64,000 bases of DNA, taken from an uncultured delta proteobacterium (GTDB lineage: Bacteria; Desulfobacterota; Binatia; DP-6). A model generated the notes under the pieces. The model made no database searches. It was given only the letters and a program-made list of their open reading frames with translations, and was not told where the DNA came from. Of this stretch, positions 33,402 to 54,895 are shown piece by piece (within the stretch, counting starts at the first letter, position 1; each line of letters opens with the position of its first letter). A program made the position numbers and the translations under genes. The stretch is from contig CAWFFN010000008.1 of assembly GCA_963815115.1 (NCBI GenBank), positions 288,001-352,000 of the forward strand. The letters run 5' to 3'.

Positions 33402-33689
33402 CTAGGCTCCCTCGAAGAAGTCGATGCGGCTGCCCTCGGCGAGCGTGACGTAGGCCTTCTTCCAGTCCGGGCGCCTGCCCATGTGGCGGCCCACCCGACG
33501 GATCTTGCCGAGCTGGCGGAAGGTACGGACCTTGGTCACCTTCACCTTGAAGAGCACCTCGATCGCCTGGCGGATCTCGACCTTGTTGGCGCGCGGGTTG
33601 ACGCGGAAGACGACCTGGTTGCCCAGCTCGTTCACCAGCGTGCCCTTCTCCGTGACCACCGGGCCGAGGACGACGTCGGTGGCGTTCAT
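33402..33689 (-). CDS. rplW: 50S ribosomal protein L23
   Basis: PVVTEK, ANKVEIRQAIE, WKKAYVTL. Confidence 0.96.
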   Translation of the reverse strand: MNATDVVLGPVVTEKGTLVNELGNQVVFRVNPRANKVEIRQAIEVLFKVKVTKVRTFRQLGKIRRVGRHMGRRPDWKKAYVTLAEGSRIDFFEGA

Positions 33690-34369
33690 GTCTCGTCTAC
33701 CGCCTTGGCTCCCGCCCTGGCGCCCAGGCGCAGCACGACGCGCTCCATGGCCGCGCGGGTCAGGACCAGGTTGGCGTGTCGGAGCACGTCGTACACGTTG
33801 AGGCCGTCGGCGATCAGCACCTTGACGCGCGGAAGGTTGCGCGCCGCGCGCTGCACCGCTTCGTCGCGCGCGCCCAGTACCACGAGCACGCTGCCGTCGA
33901 GGCCGAGACCCTGCAGGCACTCCAGCATGCGCTTCGTCTTGGCCTCCGGCAGGGAGAGCTCGTCGATCACCACGAGCTTGCCCTCGGCGTGGCGTGCCGC
34001 CAGCGCGGCGCGCAGCGCCGCGTGCCGGGCGGAGCGCGGCAGGCGGTAGCCGTAGTCCCGTGGCTGCGGCGGGAAGATGACCGCGCCGCCGCGCCAGAGC
34101 GGCGAGCGCGTGCTCCCCGCCCGCGCCCGGCCGGTGCCCTTCTGCCGCCACGGCTTCTTGCCGCCGCCTCTGACGAAGTGCCGCGTCTTGGCCGCCGCGG
34201 TGCCAGCCCGGCGGGAGGCGAGCTGGCTCTTCACCATCTCGTACAGGAGGTGCTCGCGCACCGGCCCCGCGACCACCGCCGCCGGCACCACCAGATCGCC
34301 CGCCGGGGTCCGCGTCTGCGACACCACCGGGAGCGTCACCGTGGCCTCTTCGTTCCCCTGCGGCGTCAC
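33686..34369 (-). CDS. rplD: 50S ribosomal protein L4
   Basis: GGGKKPWRQKGTGRARAGSTRSPLWRGG, ARNLP. Confidence 0.97.
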   Translation of the reverse strand: MTPQGNEEATVTLPVVSQTRTPAGDLVVPAAVVAGPVREHLLYEMVKSQLASRRAGTAAAKTRHFVRGGGKKPWRQKGTGRARAGSTRSPLWRGGAVIFPPQPRDYGYRLPRSARHAALRAALAARHAEGKLVVIDELSLPEAKTKRMLECLQGLGLDGSVLVVLGARDEAVQRAARNLPRVKVLIADGLNVYDVLRHANLVLTRAAMERVVLRLGARAGAKAVDET

Positions 34370-35025
34370 TGGGGCCTCGCCTCCGCTGCTCTCGTCAGCA
34401 CGACGGTGCCGTTGCGCGCGCCCGGGACGGCGCCGCGCACCAGGATCAGGTGCTCCTCGGGGCGCAGCGCCACCACCACCAGGTTGCGTGTGGTGACGCG
34501 CTCGGCGCCCAGGCGACCCGCCATGCGCTTTCCCTTGAACACGCGTCCCGGGTAGGAGCGGTTGCCGATCGAGCCGCCGTGCCGGAAGTACTCGTGCGTC
34601 CCGTGGCTCGCCGGGAAGCCGCTGAACTTGTGACGCTTGATCACGCCCGCAGTCCCCCGGCCCTTGCTGACGCCACTCACGTGCACCAGCTGGCCCGGCT
34701 CGAACACGTCCGACACGCCGATCTCGGTGCCGACCGCCGGCGCACCGTCATCGCCGTCGGCGAGCCGGAACTCGCGCAGCACCCGGAAGGCGCCAGTTCC
34801 CGCCTTCTGGAACTGACCACGCCGCGCCTTCGGGAGGCGTTCGGCCTTGAGCGGCCCGAAGCCGATCTGGGCGGCGGAGTACCCGTCGCGCTCGGCTCGC
34901 CGGGTGCCGACGACGGTGCACGGTCCCGCCTGGATGACGGTCACCGGCACGAGGACGCCGTCCTCGTTGTAGACCTGGGTCATCCCCAGCTTGCGCCCGA
35001 TGAGGCCCGTGAGCATCGTCGCCAT
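34366..35025 (-). CDS. rplC: 50S ribosomal protein L3
   Basis: [34 protein letters not shown]. Confidence 0.97.
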   Translation of the reverse strand: MATMLTGLIGRKLGMTQVYNEDGVLVPVTVIQAGPCTVVGTRRAERDGYSAAQIGFGPLKAERLPKARRGQFQKAGTGAFRVLREFRLADGDDGAPAVGTEIGVSDVFEPGQLVHVSGVSKGRGTAGVIKRHKFSGFPASHGTHEYFRHGGSIGNRSYPGRVFKGKRMAGRLGAERVTTRNLVVVALRPEEHLILVRGAVPGARNGTVVLTRAAEARPQ

Positions 35026-35028
35026 GGC

Positions 35029-35337
<309 letters not shown>

Positions 35338-35347
35338 CCGCGGGCAA

Positions 35348-36538
<1,191 letters not shown>

Positions 36539-36573
36539 GGGAATCCTTCCTCCGTCGCCGTCGTTCGCCCGGA

Positions 36574-38679
<2,106 letters not shown>

Positions 38680-38698
38680 GTCGTGGCACGCGTCTGCA

Positions 38699-39169
38699 CT
38701 ACCAGCGGTAGTGAGCGAAGGCCTTGTTGGCCTCCGCCATGCGATGCGTGTCCTCCTTCTTCTTGATGGTGCCGCCCCGGCCGTTGGCGGCATCGAGTAG
38801 CTCGCCAGCGAGCTTGGCGACCATCGACTTCTCCGGCCGCGCCCGCGCGTTCTGCACCAGCCAGCGCATCGCGAGCGAGGTCCGGCGCTGCGGCCTCACC
38901 TCGACGGGGACCTGGTAGGTGGCACCGCCGACGCGACGGGGACGGACCTCGACGATCGGCTTCGCCTGGTCGAGGGCGCGCTTGAAGACCGCGAGCGCGT
39001 CCTCCTTCGCCCGCTCTCCGACCAGCTCGAGGGCGCCGTACAGGATGCCCTCGACGAGGCTGCGCTTCCCGCCGTGCATCAGCATGCACATGAACTTCGT
39101 GACCATCCGGTCCCCGTACTTGGGATCGGGAAGGACGTCCTTTCGCTTGACTTCACCTTTGCGAGGCAT
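38699..39169 (-). CDS. rpsG: 30S ribosomal protein S7
   Basis: [26 protein letters not shown]. Confidence 0.98.
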   Translation of the reverse strand: MPRKGEVKRKDVLPDPKYGDRMVTKFMCMLMHGGKRSLVEGILYGALELVGERAKEDALAVFKRALDQAKPIVEVRPRRVGGATYQVPVEVRPQRRTSLAMRWLVQNARARPEKSMVAKLAGELLDAANGRGGTIKKKEDTHRMAEANKAFAHYRW

Positions 39170-39247
39170 GCGCGTGCACCATTGGCTCTCGGGCGGGCGG
39201 CACGCCGGGGAACCGCCCCACGCCGCGCGCCCGGAGCTCGCCGGAGT

Positions 39248-39619
39248 TCACTTCGGTCTCTTGGCTCCGTATTTCGAGCGGCCCTGGCGCCGATCCTGGA
39301 CACCGATCGAGTCCAGCGTGCCGCGGATGATGTGGTAGCGCACACCCGGAAGGTCCTTCACGCGACCGCCACGGATGAGCACCACCGAGTGCTCCTGGAG
39401 GTTGTGCCCGACACCGGGGATGTAGGCCGTGACCTCGATGCCGTTGGTGAGCCGGACACGCGCCACCTTGCGCAGCGCCGAGTTCGGCTTCTTGGGCGTG
39501 GTGGTGTAGACGCGCGTGCACACGCCCCGCTTCTGCGGCGAGCGTTGCAGCGCGGGGGCCTTGCCCTTGGCGCTCTGCTTGGCGCGTCCTCGCTTGATGA
39601 GCTGGTTGATGGTCGGCAT
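39248..39619 (-). CDS. rpsL: 30S ribosomal protein S12
   Basis: [30 protein letters not shown]. Confidence 0.99.
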   Translation of the reverse strand: MPTINQLIKRGRAKQSAKGKAPALQRSPQKRGVCTRVYTTTPKKPNSALRKVARVRLTNGIEVTAYIPGVGHNLQEHSVVLIRGGRVKDLPGVRYHIIRGTLDSIGVQDRRQGRSKYGAKRPK

Positions 39620-39664
39620 CGGGCGCGATCCGGCTACTCGTACTTCAGAAGAACGGAACTGGCC

Positions 39665-39693
39665 CTTTTAGGGAGCCCCACCGTTCCTGTCAA
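39665..39693 (-). promoter_or_regulatory. Putative str-operon promoter (TTGACA-N17-TAAAAG)
   Basis: Perfect -35, 17-nt spacer, upstream of rpsL. Confidence 0.65.
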
Positions 39694-39704
39694 CCACGGA
39701 GCAC

Positions 39705-43856
<4,152 letters not shown>

Positions 43857-43887
43857 CGAGACCAATCCTCCCGTGAGGACGACGGCG

Positions 43888-48024
<4,137 letters not shown>

Positions 48025-48081
48025 CGCCGTTCCTGTCTCCCGTCTCCCGTGAGATCGCGATGCTGGCCAGCAGATGCTGCA

Positions 48082-48468
48082 CTACTTGAGCTCCACCGTA
48101 CCGCCCGCTTCCTCGAGCTTCTTCTTCATGGCCTCCGCTTCGGCCTTGGGGATGGCCTCCTTCACCGGCTTCGGCGCGCCGTCGACGAGGTCCTTGGCCT
48201 CCTTGAGCCCGAGCCCCGTGAGCTCGCGCACCACCTTGATGACCTGGATCTTCTTGTCGCCGGAGCCCGTGAGGACCACCGTGAAGTCCTCCTGCTCGGC
48301 CGCCGCCGGCGCCGCGCCGCCTGCCGCCGCGCCACCGACGGCCGCGACCGCCACGGGAGCCGCCGCCGAGACGCCCAGCTCGCCCTCGAGCTCCTTCACG
48401 AGCGTGGCGGCGTCCATCAGGCTCATGCTCTTCAAGAAATCCTTCACCTGCTCGCGGGTCACTTCCAT
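48082..48468 (-). CDS. rplL: 50S ribosomal protein L7/L12
   Basis: [35 protein letters not shown]. Confidence 0.98.
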   Translation of the reverse strand: MEVTREQVKDFLKSMSLMDAATLVKELEGELGVSAAAPVAVAAVGGAAAGGAAPAAAEQEDFTVVLTGSGDKKIQVIKVVRELTGLGLKEAKDLVDGAPKPVKEAIPKAEAEAMKKKLEEAGGTVELK

Positions 48469-48505
48469 CGTCGTACGTTCTCCTACGCGCTTCGCGAAGC
48501 GCTCG

Positions 48506-49045
48506 TCAGGGTTGAGGCGAGGCAGCGCCGCTCTCGGCGCGCTTCGCGAGGGCATCGATCATGCGCACCAACCGTGCGCTCGGCTCGTTGAGCGTTCTGA
48601 GCAACTGCGTCGCCGGGGCCTGCAGGACGCCGAGGAGCTGGGCGAGCACCACCTCACGCGACGGCAGGGTGGCGAGCGCCTTCACCTCCGCGGGCGGCAG
48701 GACCTGGCCATCGAGGAGGGCGCCGCGGATCTGGAGCTTCGGCAGCTCCTCGGCCAGCTTGACCGCCACCTTCGCCATCGACACCGGGTCGTGGAAGCCG
48801 ACCAGCAGCGCCAGCGGCCCGCGCAGCAGCGGCGTCACTTTCTCGTTCGCCGACCCGGCGACGGCACGCTTCGCAAGCCGGTTCTTGGCCACGCGACATT
48901 GGCCATCGGCTTCCCGCACCGTCTTGCGGAGGCGGTTCATCTGGCCGGCCGTGAGGCCGCGGTATTCCGCCAGCACCGTCAGGGTCGCACGGGAGAACTC
49001 GTCCCGGAGCGTTCCGACGCTTTCGACCTTCGCTGCGCGCTTCAT
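48506..49045 (-). CDS. rplJ: 50S ribosomal protein L10
   Basis: [27 protein letters not shown]. Confidence 0.96.
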   Translation of the reverse strand: MKRAAKVESVGTLRDEFSRATLTVLAEYRGLTAGQMNRLRKTVREADGQCRVAKNRLAKRAVAGSANEKVTPLLRGPLALLVGFHDPVSMAKVAVKLAEELPKLQIRGALLDGQVLPPAEVKALATLPSREVVLAQLLGVLQAPATQLLRTLNEPSARLVRMIDALAKRAESGAASPQP

Positions 49046-49055
49046 CCGATTCCTC

Positions 49056-49769
49056 TCAGGCGGCCGCGCCCGCCCGTGCGGCGAGCGGGTCGACCCGTAC
49101 CGAAGGCCCCATCGTCGTGGCGAGCGCGATGCTCTGCACGTACTGCCCCTTGGCCGCTGCCGGCTTCGCTCGCACCAGGCTCGAGAGGAGCGCCTGGACG
49201 TTGTCGAGGAGCTGCGGGGCGCCGAAGCTCCGCTTGCCCACGGAGACGTGCACGATGCCCGCCTTGTCGACCCGGAACTCGACCTTTCCGGCCTTCACCT
49301 CGCGCACCGCCTTGCCCACGTCGAAGGTGACCGTGCCCACCTTGGGGTTGGGCATGAGCCCGCGGGGGCCGAGCACCTTCCCGAGCCGGCCGACCTGCCC
49401 CATCATGTCGGGCGTCGCGACCGCGGTGTCGAACTCGAGCCACTGCTCGTCCTGGATCTTCTTCACCAGGTCCTCGGCGCCGACATGATCCGCGCCCGCC
49501 TCCTGCGCCTCGCGGGCCTTGTCGCCCTTTGCGAAGACGAGCACGCGCACGGTCTTGCCGGTGCCGTGCGGCAGGACGACGGTCCCGCGGACGTTCTGAT
49601 CAGCCTGGCGCGGATCGACGCCCAGGCGGACCGCCACCTCGACCGACTCGTCGAACTTGGCCTGGCCACCCGCCTCGAGGAGGGCGCGGATGGCGTCGTC
49701 CAGGGGGTGACGGCGGGCGCGATCGATCGTCGCGGCGGCCGTGCGATATCGTTTGCCGTGCTTCGCCAT
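49056..49769 (-). CDS. rplA: 50S ribosomal protein L1
   Basis: [36 protein letters not shown]. Confidence 0.98.
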   Translation of the reverse strand: MAKHGKRYRTAAATIDRARRHPLDDAIRALLEAGGQAKFDESVEVAVRLGVDPRQADQNVRGTVVLPHGTGKTVRVLVFAKGDKAREAQEAGADHVGAEDLVKKIQDEQWLEFDTAVATPDMMGQVGRLGKVLGPRGLMPNPKVGTVTFDVGKAVREVKAGKVEFRVDKAGIVHVSVGKRSFGAPQLLDNVQALLSSLVRAKPAAAKGQYVQSIALATTMGPSVRVDPLAARAGAAA

Positions 49770-49774
49770 TGAAC

Positions 49775-50196
49775 TCACACCACCTCGATGCCGAGGCTCC
49801 GCGCGGTGCCCTCGACGGTACGCGTGGCGGCCGTCAGGTCAGACGCCGTGAGATCGGGCATCTTCAGGCGCGCGATCTCCTCGACCTGCGCGCGCGTGAC
49901 CGAGCCCACCTTCGTCTTGCCGGGCTCCTTCGATCCCTTGTCCAGGCCGGCCGCCCGCTTGAGCAGCACCGACGCGGGGGGCGTCTTGGTGACGAAGGTG
50001 AACGACCGATCGGCATAAACGGTGATGACGACCGGGATGATCAGCCCCCCTGTGCCTGGGTCTGCGCATTGAAGGCCTTGCAGAACTCCATGATGTTGAC
50101 GCCGCGCTGGCCCAGCGCCGGGCCGACGGGTGGGCTCGGAGTCGCCTGCCCGGCGGGAATCTGCAGCTTGACTTCCGCGACAACCTTCTTCGCCAT
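49775..50196 (-). CDS. rplK: 50S ribosomal protein L11; -1 indel in C6 run at 50045-50050
   Basis: [36 protein letters not shown] then [21 protein letters not shown]; span 422 nt = 3n-1. Confidence 0.95.
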
Positions 50197-50203
50197 GCTC
50201 GCC

Positions 50204-50755
50204 CTACGCCTTCTCGACCTGCACGAAGTCCAGCTCGACGGGCGTGGCGCGGCCGAAGATGCTGATCAGCACGCGCAGCTTGCCCTTGTCCGGCTTCACC
50301 TCTTCGACGACGCCGTTGAAGTCCTGGAACGGTCCGTCGATCACCTTGACCTGCTCGCCCTGCTCGAAGAGCACCTTGGGCTTCGGCTTGACCGCCCCTT
50401 CTTCCATCTGGTGCGTGATCTCGCGCACCTCGGCCTCCGAGATGGGCGGGATCGAATCGGGTTCGGTGGCCCCACCGACGAACCCCGTGACCTTGGGGGT
50501 CGACTTGACGATGTGCCAGGTCTCGTCGTTCAGCTTCATGTTGACGAGGATGTAGCCAGGGAAGAACTTCCGCGACGACGTCTTCTTCTTGCCCTTGACC
50601 AGCTCGACGACCTTCTCGGAGGGAACGAGGATCTCGCCGAACAGGTCGGGGTTGCCGAGACCGCGGATGCGCTCCTCGAGCGATGCTTTCACCTTGTGCT
50701 CGTAGCCGGAGTAGGTATGCACGACGTACCACTGGCGATCGGCCGCCAGCGTCAT
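50204..50755 (-). CDS. nusG: Transcription termination/antitermination factor NusG
   Basis: [37 protein letters not shown]. Confidence 0.98.
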   Translation of the reverse strand: MTLAADRQWYVVHTYSGYEHKVKASLEERIRGLGNPDLFGEILVPSEKVVELVKGKKKTSSRKFFPGYILVNMKLNDETWHIVKSTPKVTGFVGGATEPDSIPPISEAEVREITHQMEEGAVKPKPKVLFEQGEQVKVIDGPFQDFNGVVEEVKPDKGKLRVLISIFGRATPVELDFVQVEKA

Positions 50756-50967
50756 CAGCTGAGTACCCGCTGAATGAGCGTCTGGAGGAGGAAATCGACC
50801 ACGCCGAGGTAGATCGCCACCACCGCGACGCCGATGATGACGGCGATCGTCGCGGCGCGCGTCTCCTCGCGCGTCGGCCAGTGTACCTTCTTGACCTCAG
50901 CCCAGCACTCCGCGAGGAATTCTCGGGAGCGCTCGATGGGTCGCGTGAGCGTCTCGCGTGTTGGCAT
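50755..50967 (-). CDS. secE: Preprotein translocase SecE
   Basis: EVKKVHWPTREE plus single TM, upstream of nusG. Confidence 0.94.
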   Translation of the reverse strand: MPTRETLTRPIERSREFLAECWAEVKKVHWPTREETRAATIAVIIGVAVVAIYLGVVDFLLQTLIQRVLS

Positions 50968-50980
50968 TGGGATATCGGGA

Positions 50981-51054
50981 CGGGTCAGGCAGGATTCGAA
51001 CCTGCAACCCCCGGATTTGGAGTCCGGTGCTCTAGCCGTTAGAGCTACTGACCC
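50981..51054 (-). tRNA. tRNA-Trp(CCA)
   Basis: Cloverleaf GGGTCAG..CTCCAAA..GTTCGAATC..CTGACCCG. Confidence 0.95.
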
Positions 51055-51075
51055 CTGGACGCCGGGGCGCCACGG

Positions 51076-51228
51076 TCAGACCTTGCCCTCCTTGTGCACC
51101 GTGTGACTGCGGCAGAACGGACAGAACTTGCGGAAGGCGAGCTTGTCCGTGGTCTTCTTCTTGTTCTTCGTCGTGCTGTAGTTCTTGCGTTTGCAACCGT
51201 CGCACACCAGCGAGATGAGGTCGCGCAT
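51076..51228 (-). CDS. rpmG: 50S ribosomal protein L33 (Zn form; not in ORF track)
   Basis: Manual translation [50 protein letters not shown]. Confidence 0.96.
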   Translation of the reverse strand: MRDLISLVCDGCKRKNYSTTKNKKKTTDKLAFRKFCPFCRSHTVHKEGKV

Positions 51229-51260
51229 CGTGTGAGCCTTTCAGGTTTGGCGGCCCGGCG

Positions 51261-51333
51261 AGCCCACGACCGGATTCGAACCGGTGACCTCTTCCTTACC
51301 AAGGAAGTGCTCTGCCGACTGAGCTACGTGGGC
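51261..51333 (-). tRNA. tRNA-Thr(GGT)
   Basis: GCCCACGTAGCTCAG..TTGGTAA..GTTCGAATCC..GTGGGCT. Confidence 0.96.
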
Positions 51334-51346
51334 GCACGACACAACG

Positions 51347-51419
51347 AGCGGGAGACGGGAGTCGAACCCGCGACCCCGAGCTTGGAAGGCTCGTGCTCTG
51401 CCAACTGAGCTACTCCCGC
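51347..51419 (-). tRNA. tRNA-Gly(TCC)
   Basis: GCGGGAGTAGCTCAG..CTTCCAA..GTTCGACTC..CTCCCGCT. Confidence 0.96.
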
Positions 51420-51439
51420 GGCGTCGATTGAGCGCAGCA

Positions 51440-51522
<83 letters not shown>

Positions 51523-51548
51523 GTGGGCGGTGCCGACGAATGGACGCG

Positions 51549-51624
51549 TGGAGCCGATGGTCGGAGTCGAACCGACGACCTGCTGATTACAAGTCAGCTG
51601 CTCTACCTCCTGAGCTACATCGGC
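51549..51624 (-). tRNA. tRNA-Thr(TGT)
   Basis: GCCGATGTAGCTCAG..CTTGTAA..GTTCGACTCC..ATCGGCTCCA (CCA encoded). Confidence 0.96.
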
Positions 51625-51758
51625 AGGCCGCACCGTGCTCCGCGGTGCGCCGTCTTCGCCATCAAAGAAAGTGATCTCTGGAATCCTAGCCGTGACCGTT
51701 CGGCAGGCACAGCGCCACCAGCCGTTGCTGGACGGCAGGCCTCCGAGCGAAGCAAGAA

Positions 51759-51787
51759 GTGATAACACTAGGGTTATGGGGTGTCAA
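51759..51787 (-). promoter_or_regulatory. Putative promoter of tRNA cluster (TTGACA-N17-TATCAC)
   Basis: Perfect -35 and near-consensus -10 in an AT-rich patch. Confidence 0.65.
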
Positions 51788-51809
51788 CAAAACGGGGCCG
51801 GGGGGGCAA

Positions 51810-52550
51810 CTAAGGGAGGGGACCAAGACGCCGACGGAGTTCGAAGAGGGCCACCCCAGCCGCCACCGAGACGTTCAGGGACTCGACGCCGGCAGCCATG
51901 GGGATGGCCACGTCCAGATCGCAGGTGCGCCGCACCAGCGCCCGCAACCCCTGCCCCTCGCTGCCCACCACCAGGGCGATCCGCCCCGGGGCATCGAGGT
52001 CGAACAGGCTTCTCGTGCTGGACGGCAGCAGCCCCACCAGCCAGAATCCGAATGCCTTGAGGCTGTTCATGGCACGGACCAGGTTGGGCACCCGGACGAT
52101 CGGGAGGCCGAAGAGGGTCCCCGCCGAAGCCACCACCACCACGGAGGTCACCCCCACGCTGCGGTCCTGCGGCAGGATCACCGCCCCCACCCCGGCGGCA
52201 CGGGCCGTGCGGAGCAATGCGCCCAGGTTGCGCGGGTCCTGGATGCCGTCGAGCACCAGCGCGAGCCGCGACTGGCTTCCGGCGACCGCGTCGAGGCTCG
52301 CGTACCGGAAGGGTGCCGCGACGGCGACCGCGCCCTGGTGTCCCGGGCGTCCAGCGATCCGATCCAGGGTGGATCGGTCGGCCTGCACCGGAACTACTCC
52401 GCGCCGGCGCCCCTCGGCGAGGAGCTCGCCCCGCCGCGGCCCGTCGCCGATCAGGAGACGTTGCACGGCGGCGCCGCTGCGCAGGAGCTCGAGGACGCCA
52501 TGGGCGCCCGACACCACCAGCGGACCGTCGGTTGTTCGCCCCTGTCTCAT
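51810..52550 (-). CDS. rlmB: 23S rRNA (G2251) 2'-O-methyltransferase RlmB (TrmH/SpoU family)
   Basis: HQGAVA, LDGIQDPRNLGALLR, GSEGQGL, IPMAAGVESLNVSVA. Confidence 0.88.
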   Translation of the reverse strand: MRQGRTTDGPLVVSGAHGVLELLRSGAAVQRLLIGDGPRRGELLAEGRRRGVVPVQADRSTLDRIAGRPGHQGAVAVAAPFRYASLDAVAGSQSRLALVLDGIQDPRNLGALLRTARAAGVGAVILPQDRSVGVTSVVVVASAGTLFGLPIVRVPNLVRAMNSLKAFGFWLVGLLPSSTRSLFDLDAPGRIALVVGSEGQGLRALVRRTCDLDVAIPMAAGVESLNVSVAAGVALFELRRRLGPLP

Positions 52551-52582
52551 TGGCTAGAAGCGACTCTGCTCCCGCCTCCCCG

Positions 52583-53773
52583 ATGGGGAAGATCCTCCAC
52601 CGCTATATATTCCGTGAAGTCGTCACCCCGTTCCTGCTCGGGCTCGGCATCTTCACCTTCGTCCTCCTGATCGCCCGGCTGCTCAAGCTGATCGAGCTGG
52701 TCGTCAATCGTGGCCTCCCCGCCACCCAGATTCTCGAGCTCCTGGGCTACCTCATGCCGGCCTTCCTCGAGGTGACGGTGCCCATGGCGATGCTGCTGGC
52801 GATCCTCATCGCCTTCGGTCGGCTGTCGGCCGACGCGGAGATGGTCGCCATGCGCAGCTCGGGGCTGAGCATCTATCAGCTGGCGCCGCCCGTCGCCCTG
52901 TTCGTGCTCCTCACCGCGACGCTGACGGCCTCGCTGTCGATGTACGCGCGCCCGTGGGGCAACCGCAACCTCGAGCATCAGCTGTGGGACATCGCGCGGA
53001 CGCGGGCGAGCGCGGGACTCAAGCCGCAGGTGTTCAACGACGAGTTCCCGGGCATGGTGATCTACGCCGAGCACATCGAGAGCAAGGACGACCGCCTCAT
53101 CCACGTCATGATCTCCGACGAGCGCGACCCAAACCAGCGCAACACCGTGTTCGCCAGCGAGGGTCTGATGATCTCCGACAATCAGGCCCAGACCGTCACC
53201 CTGCGCCTCCTGAACGGCACGGTCTACACCAGCGGCGACGACGCCAAGGGTGACTACCATACCGATTTCGAGACCTACGACGTCAACCTCGACCTGCGCG
53301 AGACCATGGCGGGGATGCGCAGCAAGGAAGACGAGCCCAAGGACATGACCTTGCCGGAGCTGCGCGAGGCCATCGCGCGCAAGGAAGCGGCCGGGAAGCC
53401 GTACGCCGGCGAGCTGGTCGAATTCCATCGCAAGTTCGCGATTCCGTTCGCCTGCGTCGTGTTCGGGCTGGTCGGGGTGCCGCTCGGCATCGGGCAGGCC
53501 CGGGCGGTGAAATCACGCGGCTTCGCGGTGAGCCTGGTGGTGATCTTCGTCTACTACATCCTGCTCTCCACCGGGCAGGGTCTCGCAGAGCAGGGCAGCA
53601 TCCCGGCGTGGTTCGGGCTCTGGCTCCCGAACTTCGTCTTCGGCATCCTCGGCGTCGTCCTCATGCGACGCGCGGGACAGGAGCGCGCGCTTTTCGGCAC
53701 CTGGCTCGGTGACCTCGCTGGCCAGCTACGGGAGCTCCTCAGCGTGCGCCGGGGCGCAGGGGTCTCCCCGTGA
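52583..53773 (+). CDS. lptF: LPS export ABC permease LptF
   Basis: ILHRYIFRE, FGRLSADAEMVAMRSSGLS, EFHRKFAIPFAC, WLPN. Confidence 0.9.
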   Translation: MGKILHRYIFREVVTPFLLGLGIFTFVLLIARLLKLIELVVNRGLPATQILELLGYLMPAFLEVTVPMAMLLAILIAFGRLSADAEMVAMRSSGLSIYQLAPPVALFVLLTATLTASLSMYARPWGNRNLEHQLWDIARTRASAGLKPQVFNDEFPGMVIYAEHIESKDDRLIHVMISDERDPNQRNTVFASEGLMISDNQAQTVTLRLLNGTVYTSGDDAKGDYHTDFETYDVNLDLRETMAGMRSKEDEPKDMTLPELREAIARKEAAGKPYAGELVEFHRKFAIPFACVVFGLVGVPLGIGQARAVKSRGFAVSLVVIFVYYILLSTGQGLAEQGSIPAWFGLWLPNFVFGILGVVLMRRAGQERALFGTWLGDLAGQLRELLSVRRGAGVSP

Positions 53774-54864
53774 ACGGACGGCGCTTCCTGCTACCCGTGA
53801 TCGGCAAGCACGTCGGGGTGGAGTTCCTGCGCGCCTTCGGGCTCACCCTGCTGGCCTTCCTCGCCATCTACGTGCTGGCCGACTTCTTCGATCGCTTCGA
53901 CAGCTTCCTCCAGCACGACGCACGGCCCGGCGCGATCGTCCGTCTCTTCCTCTACCGCATTCCGCTGATCGTGACCCAGGTGACACCGGTCGCCGTTCTC
54001 GCCGGAGGTCTGGTCGGTCTCGGCCTTCTGGCGCGCCAGAACGAGTTCGTCGCCATGCGCGCGTGCGGCGTGAGCATCTGGCAGGTGCTGCTGCCGCTGT
54101 CGTTGCTCGCGCTCGTGATCAGCGTCGGGGTCTTCGCCTGGAACGAGACGGTCGTTCCGGCGAGCGCGCGGCGCTGGCACCAGATCTGGCACGAGGAGAT
54201 CAAGGGCAAGCAGACCGCCGGACTCTTCACCGGCCGAGAGGTCTGGTACCACGGTGGCGCCGGCTTCTACGACGTCAACCGCGTGGCGCCGCGCCGACGG
54301 CAGCTGGTCGGGCTCACGGTCTACCAGCTCGGTCCGGACTTCCGTCCCGCCCGGGTGATCCACGCCCAGACGGCGACCTGGACGGGCGATCAGTGGCAAT
54401 TCGAGGGCGGCCGGACGCTGGAGTTCGGAGGCGAGCGCGCCCGCGAGATCCCGGGCACGCCGGACGGCTTCACGCTGCCGGAGACACTGGACGATTTCAG
54501 CGTCGTCACCGTGGAGGCCGAGGAGTTCAGCTACAGCATGCTCCGCGATCAGATCGCGAGCCTCCAGTCGAAGGGCGTGGACGCCTCGGAGAGCTGGGTG
54601 GACCTGCATCTCAAGATCGCGCTCCCCATCGCCAGCCTCGTCCTCATGCTGGTCGCGGTGCCCCTCGCGGCACGCGGTACCCGGGTGACGAGCCTGCCCG
54701 CGGCCGTCGGGCTCGGCTTCGTGATCGGGTTCAGCTACTTCATCGTGCTCGCGTTCGCCCGCGCGCTGGGGCAGAGCGGCGCCCTGCCGCCGCTCCTCGC
54801 CGCCTGGGTCTCGAACGCGATCTTCGTGCTGATCGGAGCCTATCACCTGCTCGGCAGCGACTGA
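53770..54864 (+). CDS. lptG: LPS export ABC permease LptG
   Basis: NEFVAMRACGVS, HLKIALP, LPPLLAAWVSN; overlaps the lptF stop. Confidence 0.9.
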   Translation: MNGRRFLLPVIGKHVGVEFLRAFGLTLLAFLAIYVLADFFDRFDSFLQHDARPGAIVRLFLYRIPLIVTQVTPVAVLAGGLVGLGLLARQNEFVAMRACGVSIWQVLLPLSLLALVISVGVFAWNETVVPASARRWHQIWHEEIKGKQTAGLFTGREVWYHGGAGFYDVNRVAPRRRQLVGLTVYQLGPDFRPARVIHAQTATWTGDQWQFEGGRTLEFGGERAREIPGTPDGFTLPETLDDFSVVTVEAEEFSYSMLRDQIASLQSKGVDASESWVDLHLKIALPIASLVLMLVAVPLAARGTRVTSLPAAVGLGFVIGFSYFIVLAFARALGQSGALPPLLAAWVSNAIFVLIGAYHLLGSD

Positions 54865-54895
54865 GTCGGCGGGCTCGCCGCCGGCGGGAGGCCGC

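Noticed and set aside
51229-51260. No tuf copy between tRNA-Thr(GGT) and rpmG
   Set aside because: Single-tuf arrangements are common, and an intact tuf is present in the str operon.
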